Shown here one piece after another: positions 13,734 to 25,569 of a stretch of 64,000 nucleotides of DNA. The stretch covers positions 134,416,001 to 134,480,000 of the forward strand of contig OZ024741.1 of the NCBI GenBank assembly GCA_964016885.1. The letters run 5' to 3'. The translations under genes and the position numbers were made by a program. Below the pieces are notes generated by a model. The model saw only the letters and a program-made list of their open reading frames with translations, did not search any database and had not been told where the DNA came from. Each line of letters begins with the position of its first letter. Position 1 is the stretch's first letter. This stretch comes from Eledone cirrhosa. Lineage: Eukaryota.

Positions 13734-14215
13734 GTAAGGATAATGGCTCTGGATAATGTCTATAGAGCTTGTTTATTAAGAAGCACAGAAATCTAACATA
13801 TTTGATTCCTCACATTTGTGAATATATATATATATATATAAAATTTTCTAATATAAATTGTGTTTGTTTATAAGCATTTTTTGTTATTACACCAGTCGTG
13901 GCGACGGATATAATGGAGTTCTCGGGTGGTGTGGAGGATCCACAGAAACAAGTAATTTCGACGGTTTTGATGGTCTTGTTAATTCAAAACATCTAAAAAA
14001 ATCATAGGAAAACACCTTTGCATTTACTAACTACCCTTAAAATTACAAAACAGCAACATTGTTTACACTTTCAGCCAACTCAAATGTGAGAGTAAAAATT
14101 TACGAATAGGCTATATAGCCGATAAACCCTAAAGGGACGCAACACACATCGCTATAGAGTTTCACCAGCCCCTTCTTTCTGTTGTCTGTATCTGTTTATG
14201 TATTTACGTGTAGAT

Positions 14216-14252
<37 letters not shown>

Positions 14253-14627
14253 CTAAAGCGTAACGTACGTTACGAATAGACGACAAAATGATTTTAACTT
14301 GTTTTTTTTAACAATTGATGATGGAAAAGATTTCAAATTGTCTTAATTCGAATCGCAATTCATGGTGTGTAGCACTCTTACCGGCTACATAGACTCTTCC
14401 AAAAATTTACCCCAAAAATATATTCCTTAAACTATCAACAAAGTAATACTCACGTATTCATAAGGTTACATGAATCATATTTTTATGTGAAACATCATGA
14501 TTATAATATATTTTCTTTCATTTTGATTTTACATTTTGATGTGAAATATTTATGAAATTAAGTATTTACATATTAACAGAATTGTTTAAATAAAATTCAT
14601 TTACGTTATTAAAAAAACAATACTCAC

Positions 14628-14850
14628 GTTGTGGTATTCGCCCAAGACCTCGACATGTAGGGCACTGTTTACTGCCCTTCATTAATTCCTCATAACCAGT
14701 GTTGAAATTAGAGGCATCTGGACTACTAGGAGATGTTTTAATAGTATCTAATTCCTTTAAATCATCATCAGATGCATCCGTTTCATTAATAAATGTTTTG
14801 TACCTGCTACCATTTATGTTTCGGGTCGTATCGTTCGAAGTAGAAGTCAT
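14628..14850 (-). CDS. TMEM106B: TMEM106-family (TMEM106B-like) first coding exon
   Basis: MTSTSNDT...YEELMKGSKQCPTCRGLGRIPQ followed by a phase-1 donor gtgagt. CPTCxGxGRIP is the TMEM106 cytosolic signature. Downstream exons were not found in the window. Confidence 0.8.
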
Positions 14851-15848
14851 GGTTATCGTTTTATATATATTTTCCAGTTAGTTAATAAGATAATTTAACT
14901 TTGACTATCAATTACTGGTGATATTAGATTGAATATAAAAATAACAAGTGTATTTATCCAACCAGAAATAGAATTTTGTATTCGTTGTAAAGTAAGTTTT
15001 GGGGTAGGTGAGGTTGTGTACACGAATTACTGATTGACAGTCCACTGTCAACGAGATACATTATAAAACATTTCACATTCTAATACAGTGCTTCATTAGC
15101 ACTTTATCTTATATGTAATAAACAATTATAGAATCGAATACGGATTAATTCGAGTTCACCACAAACAGATATATATACAGCAAGCTCTAATATACATATG
15201 AAATATTTACACGTGCCATCAACAAACTTCAGCTGGTTTTCTGATGAAAGAAGTCGGTTTCTAGTCGACAATTATAAATACAAATTATACATTCCATAGT
15301 CTGTCGAGATAAATGCTAAATGTGGAAGTCACATTAGCAATACTGTGAATAATAGTCGTCTCTCTCAGATCACAATACTTATAATGTCGACTGAATGCCG
15401 AAAACATAACATAATAACTATACTAACGATTCTTCTCCCTTCCTCCCTATGACGTCACAGACCACATGTACTCTAATTTCCCTTTCCCTTCTTCTTTTCT
15501 GTCTTGTAATCTTATACTCTATCTACTGCTTCTCTTTATTCCCCTTCTATCCTACCATGTCATTAAGTGCCTCCCTTTCTTATAGTCTGTCTCCTACTTC
15601 TTTATACTCCCTTTCTATCCTCACGTTTCATTTTCTCACTCTCACGCTTCCTCTCTCTCTCTATAATAATTTCTATACTTTTCATTTATATATATATATA
15701 TATAAAATATTAAAAATCTTGACTCTGTATTCCGTTTATCTTTCACCGAAAGTGATTTTTCATTGCATCTCTTCTTTCCATGATATCCGGATTACATTGA
15801 GTTCTTCATACGGATTGGACACTACCGTAAACTCTTGGTAGATTTATC

Positions 15849-15883
<35 letters not shown>

Positions 15884-16500
15884 CAAGGCTCTGATACCAT
15901 CAACACTATAAACACAGAGCTGGCATATCTAAGAACAGACTAACTGCCTGATGAGGTCATAGCTATTCAATGGCTATCATCGAATAGCAGTAAATAAAGG
16001 ATTATGAGTTCATGCAATTGACTTATGTTTCGTCACTATATATATATATATGGAAAAATGAAACGAAATTTCATTTCTCATTCTTAGTACGGCTGTTACT
16101 TAAATATAAGTATGTATACGTACATACATATATGTATACAGACGTACAGTAGTATGTATATATATACATACATGCATACATATATATATGTACGTATGGA
16201 TTTACCGAACATTTATTATTATTATTATGTTTATGTGGGGATACGCACGTATGTGTGTGTGGTTTTTTGTGTGGTGTGGATATGTGAGAACGTATGGTTG
16301 CGTGTGTGCGAAAATAGTGTAAGTGTTTGTGTGTTCCTGAATGTTTTCCTGCGGAGTGTAGGAAGAGATGGTGAAAAATCCGAGTACAATAAGGTGGATG
16401 TTTGGAGCGAGTGACCAGTGGTGTAGAATCTGTGGGATGGTGCGGACTTCAATGAACTTATAACTTGAAGTTCACAGGAAAATATGTCACAATTATTGTA

Positions 16501-16557
16501 TTTTTTCTGACGAAAGCGTACTAAAATATTAGTACCCTTGAAATACGTATAATAAAA
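16501..16557 (+). ncRNA. Hammerhead ribozyme motif
   Basis: CTGACGA aag.gtactaa aata ttagtac.ctt GAAAT acgt ATA ataaaa. Confidence 0.65.
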
Positions 16558-17089
16558 TAAATATGGTTTTATAAAGATATTTTCCATATTTTAATATTAT
16601 TGATATTAATGATACTCCGGAAAAATACTGTTGAGTGCTTCTAATTTGTTGTAAATTAACTTTGTTGAATAATCAACAAACCAAATAACTCATTGTTTAT
16701 ATATATATATATATATATAAACATATATTTAAAAAGTAAACAACACAATATAACTACTCCATTACCAAAGGTTTCAGGAACCTAGGTAATATTAACATAC
16801 ATCTAGTTCGCTCATCAAATGAAAAGTTATAACTTTCTAATTAAATAGCTCTGTATTATACATAGAGCACTCTTTTTTCCTTTGCTTTTTCTTCGGAAGT
16901 ATATATATATATATATTGAGTGTCTGCAGTACAAAGACCTGGAAGACCACAAATCAGAGTAGTACGCGACGCATATATATATATATATATATATATGTGT
17001 ATGTAAAAGGTAAACCGAAATAACAACACAATCGGTACAGTATATGGAAGGTATATATTAGGATAACGCTTGATATAGCAGGAAGAGGG

Positions 17090-17125
17090 TCTTAACGTTT
17101 TGGACGCTAGTCCTTCATCAGAAGA
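17090..17125 (-). ncRNA. Degenerate hammerhead motif (GAAA->AAAA)
   Basis: tctt CTGATGA aggac tagc gtcc AAAA cgtta aga. Confidence 0.45.
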
Positions 17126-17133
17126 AAGAATGA

Positions 17134-17167
<34 letters not shown>

Positions 17168-17432
17168 GTTTTGGTAGTCTCAACAAGGCAGATGGGTAAA
17201 TCTCCAGGTAACAGAATCAGGTGGTTATTTTTTACGCTCTCTACGTCTCTTTCTACGCTTCCTCTTACATCTCTCATTACCACCTGATTTTGTTACCCGG
17301 AGATTTTTTGCATAGTTGAGGCTTCCAAAACGACTATTTTTATTATTCCACAATGCTTCAAGCAAACTTCAATACTTTCTTATATATATACGATATTAAT
17401 AAATGGAAACTATATTTATAAAACCATATTTA

Positions 17433-17493
17433 TTTCATAATACATATTTCAGGGATACCAAATTAAATTATGGTATGCCTTCATCAGACAAAA
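17433..17493 (-). ncRNA. Hammerhead motif in the left arm of an inverted repeat
   Basis: Exact reverse complement of 18165-18225. Confidence 0.7.
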
Positions 17494-18164
17494 TACAATA
17501 TACAACAGTTTTACAAATAAGCTTTGACGTACCCTATTAAAATGCAACCATTGTTTTTGGAAGCCATCCGGATAGTGATTTGTTTATATTACTTTAATAA
17601 GTCATAGTGTTAAGGACAATTATAAAAAGACAGAGAGAAAGAAAAAGACGGAGAGAAAGAAAAACGTGGAGAAATATCGGAGAGAGAGAGATGCATGGAG
17701 AAAAAAGGAGATAAGTAAAGACAGGAGGAAAGGAAGAAAGAAGAAAAAAGAAAAAAAAAGGAAGAAATAAGAAAAAACAGAGGAAAACAGAGAGATATTA
17801 AGTCAACAGACAGATAGAAAAACTCAAGAGAGAGAAATATTATATAGAGAGAGAGGGAGATTATGAAAACTTTACGTCATGTCATATTAAGTTGAGTCAA
17901 CAATTCATATGAAATGAATAATATAAATATAAATATTAATATTCATGAATGGGACATAAATATATAATATGAGAAATTAAACATTGTTTAATAATGACTA
18001 TATGTTTAGTTTAAAACTTTCTCTCTGTCTTTTTCTAATTGTCCTTAACACTATGACTTATTAAAGTAATATAAACAAATCACTATCCGGATGGCTTCCA
18101 AAAACAATGGTTGCATTTTAATAGGGTACGTCAAAGCTTATTTGTAAAACTGTTATATATTGCA

Positions 18165-18225
18165 TTTTGTCTGATGAAGGCATACCATAATTTAATTTGG
18201 TATCCCTGAAATATGTATTATGAAA
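18165..18225 (+). ncRNA. Hammerhead motif in the right arm of an inverted repeat
   Basis: ttttgt CTGATGA agg.atacca ... tggtat.cct GAAAT atgt ATT atgaaa. Confidence 0.7.
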
Positions 18226-18358
18226 TAAATATGGTTTTATAAATATAGTTTCCATTTATTAATATTGTATATCTACTCCAAATACTTGTCGAGTGCTTTA
18301 TATCAGTTATAAAAATATTTACTTGTTGTATCCCAACAATTTTAAATAGAACTTTTGC

Positions 18359-18393
<35 letters not shown>

Positions 18394-18454
18394 AGATATA
18401 TATATATATAAGAGTGTTGAAGTTATATATATATATATATATATAAATATAAAC

Positions 18455-20950
18455 AAATGAATGAATGAGTTACAAGCCGTTAAAACAAATTCTTTATATA
18501 ACTCTTACACACGTTTCGCCCACACGGGCTCATCAGAGAAATAATTGCTCAGCGAAGAGATTCCCGCACTACAAGGAGGTGTATATAGGGACGACGCCCT
18601 ATTTACTGTAAAGAATCACAACCCCCGTAGGATAGAAAACCTCAATAAGCATATTCATAAATTCTTTAAAACGTATGGCCTCTCAGTTACAATAGACCAT
18701 AACCATAAGGTAGTTAACTTCCTAGATGTAACATTAGAGTTAGATACTGGCCTGTATAGACTGTACCACAAGCCAGGCGAGGTCCTATCTTATGTTAACA
18801 AATCATCTTACCACCCTAACTCTACACTTAACTCTATAATTAGTAGCATCTCGCACAGAATCTCAAAGCTATCGGCCAACGAGGACCTTTTTGACCAAAC
18901 TGCTGATTACTACAACAAAGCACTGGCCTAATCGGTGTATAACAGTAGGATTTCTTACATCCAGGACACTAGTTCTACTAGGTCCCCCTCCCATAGGACT
19001 AGTATAAAGGCAAGGCGCACCAATAACCACTGAAGCTTGTTAATAAGAAATATGCAAGTCGAACCAACATTGCGACTGGCCTTGGGCAATATCACAACAG
19101 CAATGGTAATAGTCCAGGTAGATCCCTAAACCGGTGCCAATCTAATTCAGACAATGTAACTAGAAATAACTTACTAGAAAAATTCCCCACATACAGGCAT
19201 AACAATGGAGACGGTATCTTACCTACACCTACCAGCAAGCATAGGGTAACTCATGTCAGCCACTCAGGGGGTAGGTTAACACATGGGACTAATAAGAACA
19301 GCGTGCACAACGGGCAGCAGTCCAACTGCTGCAGTAGAAACGCCCACCAGGGCTTAAACGACAACACCGGCCCAATGGCAACACAGAAACGCCGGCGTAA
19401 TGTCATATGGTTCCTGCCCACCTACTCTAGGAGTATAGCCTCAAACATACCTAGAATCTTCTTCGACGCCTTAGAGAAAAACTTCCCACCTAATCATAGG
19501 TACCATACGATCCTCAACAAGTATAATGTCAAAATCTCTGACTCTGCTACACCTAACTTAGCTGATCTTATAGTACTTAGTAACCACAGGAAGCTCACTA
19601 GAATCAAGCCAACATTGAAATGCCTGGCTACCTTAATAACCGTAACAATACCATTAGCCATAATAGCAATAATAGAAACCAGGATAATAATCATAGTAAT
19701 AGCAATAATATCAACACCATAGAGACTAACTGCAGCATTAATAGTGGAACTGGCGACCAGGATAGGAACCATAGCAGCGATAACAACAGCAGTAGAAGAA
19801 ACCATAATAGGAACAACAGAAATAACACCATGTCACAAAACTATATCTGTAATAAAGCCAACTACAACAATGACGACAGTGGTGATGGTGGTAATGATAG
19901 TAGTAACGATAGCAGCGGACCTCACCACATTAGAAATAACAACAAAAAGCATTGCAATTACGAAACCCCAACAACTGTCCGCTCCAGGGCCAATGCTTGA
20001 TTAGAAACGTAATCTACAAATGCACTGTGACGAGTAAAAATGGCACTAGGTCTTACATAGGCATCACTTCTAATGAGTTCAAGACTAGATTTAGATCGCA
20101 TCTCCACTCCTTTAGAAATAAGAAGCTCAGGTTCTCTACCTCACTCGCTAATTATATTACTCTATTAACTGAATCTAACATTAGCTACACCACACAATGG
20201 GGAATAGTAGATCAAGCAACGCCATACAACTTTAGGAAAAATTGCCAGCTGTACCTAATGGAAACATAATATATAGTAAACTCACCCCATGAACTCATTA
20301 ATAGTCGGGCTGAAACGGTCATTAATTGCAACCACAGACTACAGCACTCGTTCTACAAGTGGTCTCTACAACAGTTATAACATTCTATCCCCGCAGCTAT
20401 CTACATCGCACCATCATTTAGTCCACCTGCAATAAGTAGGCTTAAGTACAGTGTTTAATGATGCTATTAACCAGCCACCTGACTTTTATCTAGGCTCTGC
20501 CCATCACCTACTGAGTTAGACTCACCCTGCTAAACCATCCCTTTAGCTGGGATATACTAACAGATACCTCCCCTAGTGGATTATGCCCCTTTCACCGGTG
20601 CCATTGTTGTTATTTTTTCGCCTACCATGCAAGAGAATGATTCTCAAAGGTATTTATACTTATTGATGACATTATATAATCAATTATTTCTCTGAGGTGT
20701 CTGTGTGGGCGAAACATGTGTAAGAGTTATATAAAGAACTTGTTTTAACGGCTTGTAACTCCTTCGTTCATTTGCTTATTCCTGCTCAGCTTGAACAATA
20801 TACTAAATATTAAATCTTCTCTAATATTTAACTCTGCTAATTCAAGCATTGAGCACACTCCGTTTCAGTTATTGGCATTTAGTAATCTGTATCGCACTTC
20901 TCTGTATCTCTCTGTTTCCTCCTCTCCTATGATACTTATACCCTATTATA
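18455..20950 (+). mobile_element. Penelope-like element (Naiad-like): RT C-terminus, linker, GIY-YIG; inverted 5' partial pLTR
   Basis: YRDD, VNFLDV, S.HP, RRRNVIWF.P, CN.R.P..CPLQGQC, VIYKC..SYIGIT..FKTRF..H. 18455-18547 is an inverted copy of 20682-20775. Flanked by (TA)n. Confidence 0.9.
18502..18540 (-). ncRNA. Hammerhead motif in the inverted pLTR of the Penelope-like element
   Basis: ttct CTGATGA gccc gtgt gggc GAAAC gtgt GTA agag; the + strand copy at about 20686-20726 has a mutated core. Confidence 0.8.
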
Positions 20951-20974
20951 TATATATATGTTTATCTGTCTATC

Positions 20975-21595
20975 TATCCAGAAGGACCCGGTTATCAGTG
21001 GAGACTCCACCGCGACATTCTATAGAGGGCTGGTACGCAGCAGGTGCAACGACGCCCTCGGAGAAGCCCTAGACATGGAGGAAGACGAACTGGCCAGCTT
21101 GTTCGGTAGGACATTCAGCCCGGGACCTATGGACAACTTCCAGAAGTCCCTGGCCTGGCAGTTCTACCAAGGGGCTCTACCCGTTCGAGAAAAGCTCTAC
21201 AGACACGGGCGCCCGGGTAGGGACCCCCCCAAAAAAGATCTGTCCCAGATGCGTGTGCGACGAGGAAACCGTTGCACACACATTGGTACACTGCTCGGGC
21301 TTAGCCGATCTGTGGGGCTATGTCGAACAACTGCTATCACGGCCATTGTAACGATTAAGTCGCCTCCCCACTTCAAAAATGAAGGAGAGGCGGTGTTTCT
21401 GTGCGTAATAGCCATGGTGAAAGAGGTTGTATGGTGGACACGTCTGAAAGGACTCAGGTCAGGCACCTTTCTCTCTTGCCAACAACTGATCCGTTTCTTC
21501 CGATATCATTTCGGAAGAAGGATCAGGATGGAGAGAGAGATGCTCAACCCCAGTCGTTTTTATGAAAGGTGGGTGAAAGTGGCGAGAATGGCCCC
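20975..21595 (+). mobile_element. Tx1/L1-clade LINE 3' fragment
   Basis: MDNFQKSLAWQ.YQGALPVREKL and a degenerate C..C...ET..H....C knuckle; related to the 25.6 kb copy. Confidence 0.65.
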
Positions 21596-21599
21596 GAGT

Positions 21600-22050
21600 T
21601 TCGATTTTGAACGAAATCGGTTGAAAAATGTGGGAGCTAGAGCCAAAAAGGCGGAAATTTGAGCGAAAAGGTGGTATTTTTTAATATTTAAGCGGCTACC
21701 ACGCCGTCCCTGAACAACAAATGCAAAATATAAAGCCATTACAGGATGTGCAATGATAAATTCTATTTTGCTTTAAAATTTGAACGAAATCGGTGGCAAA
21801 ATGTGGGAGCTAGAGCCAAAAATCTTATTTTTCGATACCTAAAAAAAGGTGACCCCCTATCGATTTTTATCTGCAGAATGACCCCGGAATAAAAAAAAAC
21901 GATACGCTGATATATAGAAAACACTCCCCGATGACTAATCTATGAGCCTGTAAAGTTTCATGAAAATCGGTCATAAGATGTAAGCCCCTATAGGTAATAC
22001 ACAGACACACACACACACACACACATACTTAATTTTATATATATACAGAT
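21600..22050. mobile_element. Possible non-autonomous Helitron/Helentron-type relic
   Basis: Internal repeat ttgaacgaaatcgg..aaaatgtgggagctagagccaaaa twice; ends aaagtttcatgaaaatcggtc, (CA)n, ttttatatata. Confidence 0.35.
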
Positions 22051-24739
22051 TACATCCTTACATCTACTTGACATTTATCAGGTCTGAATATTTTCAAAGG
22101 GCTGTTCAGTAAATTATGACAGAAAAACAGCAAACAAACTATACAACCTCCCTATTTTGTAAAATTGTGGTCTCAGATATTGTGTGTATATTGTCAAAAA
22201 TACTATTTATAATAGTATCATTTTGATTCATTTTGATTCATTATTTGAAAATAAAACTTATCAAGCTGAAGATCACAAACAGTCAAAGTATTAGCTGCTC
22301 TTCAATAGGTTTGTGGTCAAACCTGTAGCAGTGGAGACTTCTGGTGTTGATAATGTTAATGATAATGAAATTATTGTGTACAGTGCTCAGGTGCACTACA
22401 ACTCATCAAAAGTCTATGTATAGTACATAGAATAATGTTCTTCGCAAACATCCCTGTTCTCGTTAATCTCCGATCCACCCACTCTATATAATCCAGCAAT
22501 ACTTTCTTTAGCTGAAGATTGGAGGTACAATTTAGTGTAAAAGACCTACAAACTATAAACAAGATCTTTCAGTACATGAAGGTTATGAAAAGATTTAAAC
22601 AACAGAAACTTTACAAGACTGAGAGAGAAAGAAAGGACATCTTGAAGTTGGTCTTTAAAAAGATACCAAGACTGGTGGTACAATATATTGTTAAAGATAA
22701 ACATGATCTTTCAGTACATGAAGGCTACCAAAAGATACAACAGAAACTTTTAGTTGCTTTATAGCTGCCCTTGCTTTTCACTTTTGTAAATCTTATTTAT
22801 GCTTCTTTTGCCTCCTATTAGCCTACCCATTTTTATAACTGTAAGAGGTAGTCTGCCATGGCTTACTAGCTCTATACGGACGTTTAAATTACTAGCTCTA
22901 TACGGACGTTTAAATTGATCAAATCATCATTGTTTAATGTCTGCTTTCCCTACTAGAAAGAGTTGGATGGGTCTACATAGACTAAGTCAATACTTAAGTG
23001 GGGTTACTGATCTCCTAGACAGGCTGGGGTGGAGGGTCTGCATATCACTTACACACGGTCTTAGATAAATAAATAAATAAATCATGTTAGGGTTGTATAA
23101 TACTGTCTGTTTAATACTTTCTGTCATACAAGACACTCTGGATTAAAAGGAGAGCAGCTTGGTTGTTATTGATTCTATATTGTCTAGTAGCAAAGGTATA
23201 CCACTAGATGTTTACCAAAGTATTTATTTCATGAAGTTTATTGAGCTTAAACCGGTACATGTGTGCACACACAGGTATGTGTATATATTTCATTGTGTTC
23301 TGTTCTATGTGTGTGACAAATTGTGTGTGTGGGGGGGGGGGGTATGTGAATGTGTGTGTGTGTGTGAGAGAGAGGGAGTTTATGCATTTGTATATGAGTG
23401 TATGTGTGTGAAAGTGTGTATGTGTATGTGAGTGTGCATATATATGAATGTGTATGTGTGTGTGTGTATAATTCCATAGGTGAGATGTGTGAGGGAAGAA
23501 ACTATCAGAATAGACAGACTTTTCGATTATATTTGTGCCTAAATACAAATATATATAAAGTCCAAACTCACCTTCCTCTCTAATTGGCACTAACAAATGT
23601 CAATGAGGGCTTGGTCAAAAAAGAAAGTGTCTGTCTTCAGTATTTTCAGTTGTGCCCATAACACAACCTCTTATGTTATAACCAGGCAGATGAAAACAGT
23701 AGGTGTGGTCTTCACAATGGATTTGACTTATGAATGGATCCATTTTACACAGCATTCACTACTAACTTAACACTGAACACTTGATTAACTACATCATTGT
23801 TTTACATCTATTTTACACACTTGTAAATGTTAAAAGGGTTGCTACACTGATGCTAGAAAGATAAATCAAATGGTTGTACTTTGCTCATACATTCCATTTT
23901 GGCAGCATTTCTACAATTGGATGCCTTTCCTAATGTTAACCAATTCATAGTATGCATTGGGCTTGTTTTGTCATGGTCCCCCCCCCCCCCCCCCATTACC
24001 ACCTGACAGGATGGACAGGGTGCTTTTTTCGTGGCATCAGCACTAACATCATCATCATCACCACCACCATCATAGATAGCTAATACCTGCATTATCATCA
24101 CTATCATATAGATAGCTGACATGCCCAATAACATCACCATCATCATCATCACCATCACATAGAAAACTAACACCATCACCACTATCACCATCATATAGAT
24201 AACTAACACCACCACTATCATCATCATCACTACTAACAACAACAGCTTATGTATCATACTGAAGCAATTTAAAAGCTCCAGTTTAATAACCTAAGGAGAA
24301 GGTCAAAGGTTAAAGTTATTTATTGTTTAAACCAAGCCACAAATTACTGTTCATTTTTAATCTCATAAAGAAACTGAAATTAAATTTAACCCTATTATGA
24401 TTAACCTTACTGGACCCTTCAGACACAAAAATTTCTCTGCATATAACCATACGTAAGCAGGGTGCAGACTCCTTGGCCTATCTGGGAGTTCAGTAGCCCT
24501 ATTTCAGTACTGATTCGGTCTATGTAGACCCATCCAACCCTTGTTAGCAAGGAAAGCAGACGTTAAATGATGATGATGATGATGATGATTTCTAGTATAG
24601 GCACAAGGCCAGTAATTTGGGGGGGAAGGGAAAGTCGATTAAATCGACCCCAGTACGTTACTGGTGCTTCATCTTAGTGACCCTGTAAGGATGAAAGGCA
24701 AAGTTAACCTCAATAACAATAATAATAATGGAGAGAGAG

Positions 24740-25390
24740 AGAGGAGACTGTGGTTCACATCATATCCGAGTGTAAACACCTAGCCCAGACTCACTATAAA
24801 GGCTGGAGGCACAATATAATAGGAAAGGTGATTCACTGGCATTTATGCAAACTAAATAATTTACCCCATTCTGAGAAGTGGTATGAGCATAAGCCAGAGT
24901 TGGTGATAGAAAGCGATCAAGTGAAGGTGCTGTATGATTTCAGGATACAGATGGACAAGAAATTAGAATACAATAGGCCTGACCAGGTGGCTTTTGACAA
25001 AGACAAGAGATCGTGCCTGATTGTAGATGTAGCCTGCCCCTTTGACGCGAGAGTGCAAGAAAAGGAGGAGAAAATTAACCAATATCAGGATTTAAAGCGG
25101 GATTTAAAAAGGTTATGGGACTGTCATAAGATCAAGATTGTCCCAATTGTCATAGGAGCACTAGGTACTATCTCAAAGAGTTTTCAAGTTTTCAAGGATG
25201 GTTAAAGAACATTAGTCCAGCCCCCTTTTTTGGAACCTTTCAAAAGGCATGCTTGCTTGGAACAGCAAGAACCCTCCAATACGTCCTGAATATCTGAGGC
25301 TGCAGGTAGTGGCTTGATGTTCATTTGGACAAACTTCCTAGTTAAATAACAACAATGACTGAGACTCCAAGAATATAATAATAATAATGA
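24740..25390 (+). mobile_element. R4/Hero-like RLE retrotransposon 3' end with (TAA)n tail
   Basis: ET..HIISEC..L...Y..RHN, NRPD, IVDVACPFD, EEKI.QYQDL, VPIVIGALG. Confidence 0.8.
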
Positions 25391-25569
25391 TTTCTTTATT
25401 AACCACAAAAGGTTCACATCAAGAAAAAAAATTTATGACAGTACAGGATAAAAACATAGAGTGTGTGTGTTGGTGTGTGGGTTTTGCATGTAAACAAATC
25501 TTAACAATATTTTAAAAAAAGATAACAATAAAATAAAAACACTGATTTAGGCACAAGGCCAGCAATTTG

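Noticed and set aside
19950-20380. Selenocysteine recoding, as reported for some Naiad-clade PLEs
   Set aside because: No TGA at the conserved Cys positions in any of the three GIY-YIG fragments (they are TGC/TGT or decayed to TAC), and I recognised no SECIS.
22519-22764. 81-aa Lys-rich ORF with an internal repeat
   Set aside because: No ATG start, no recognisable domain and no splice context; probably a decayed repeat.
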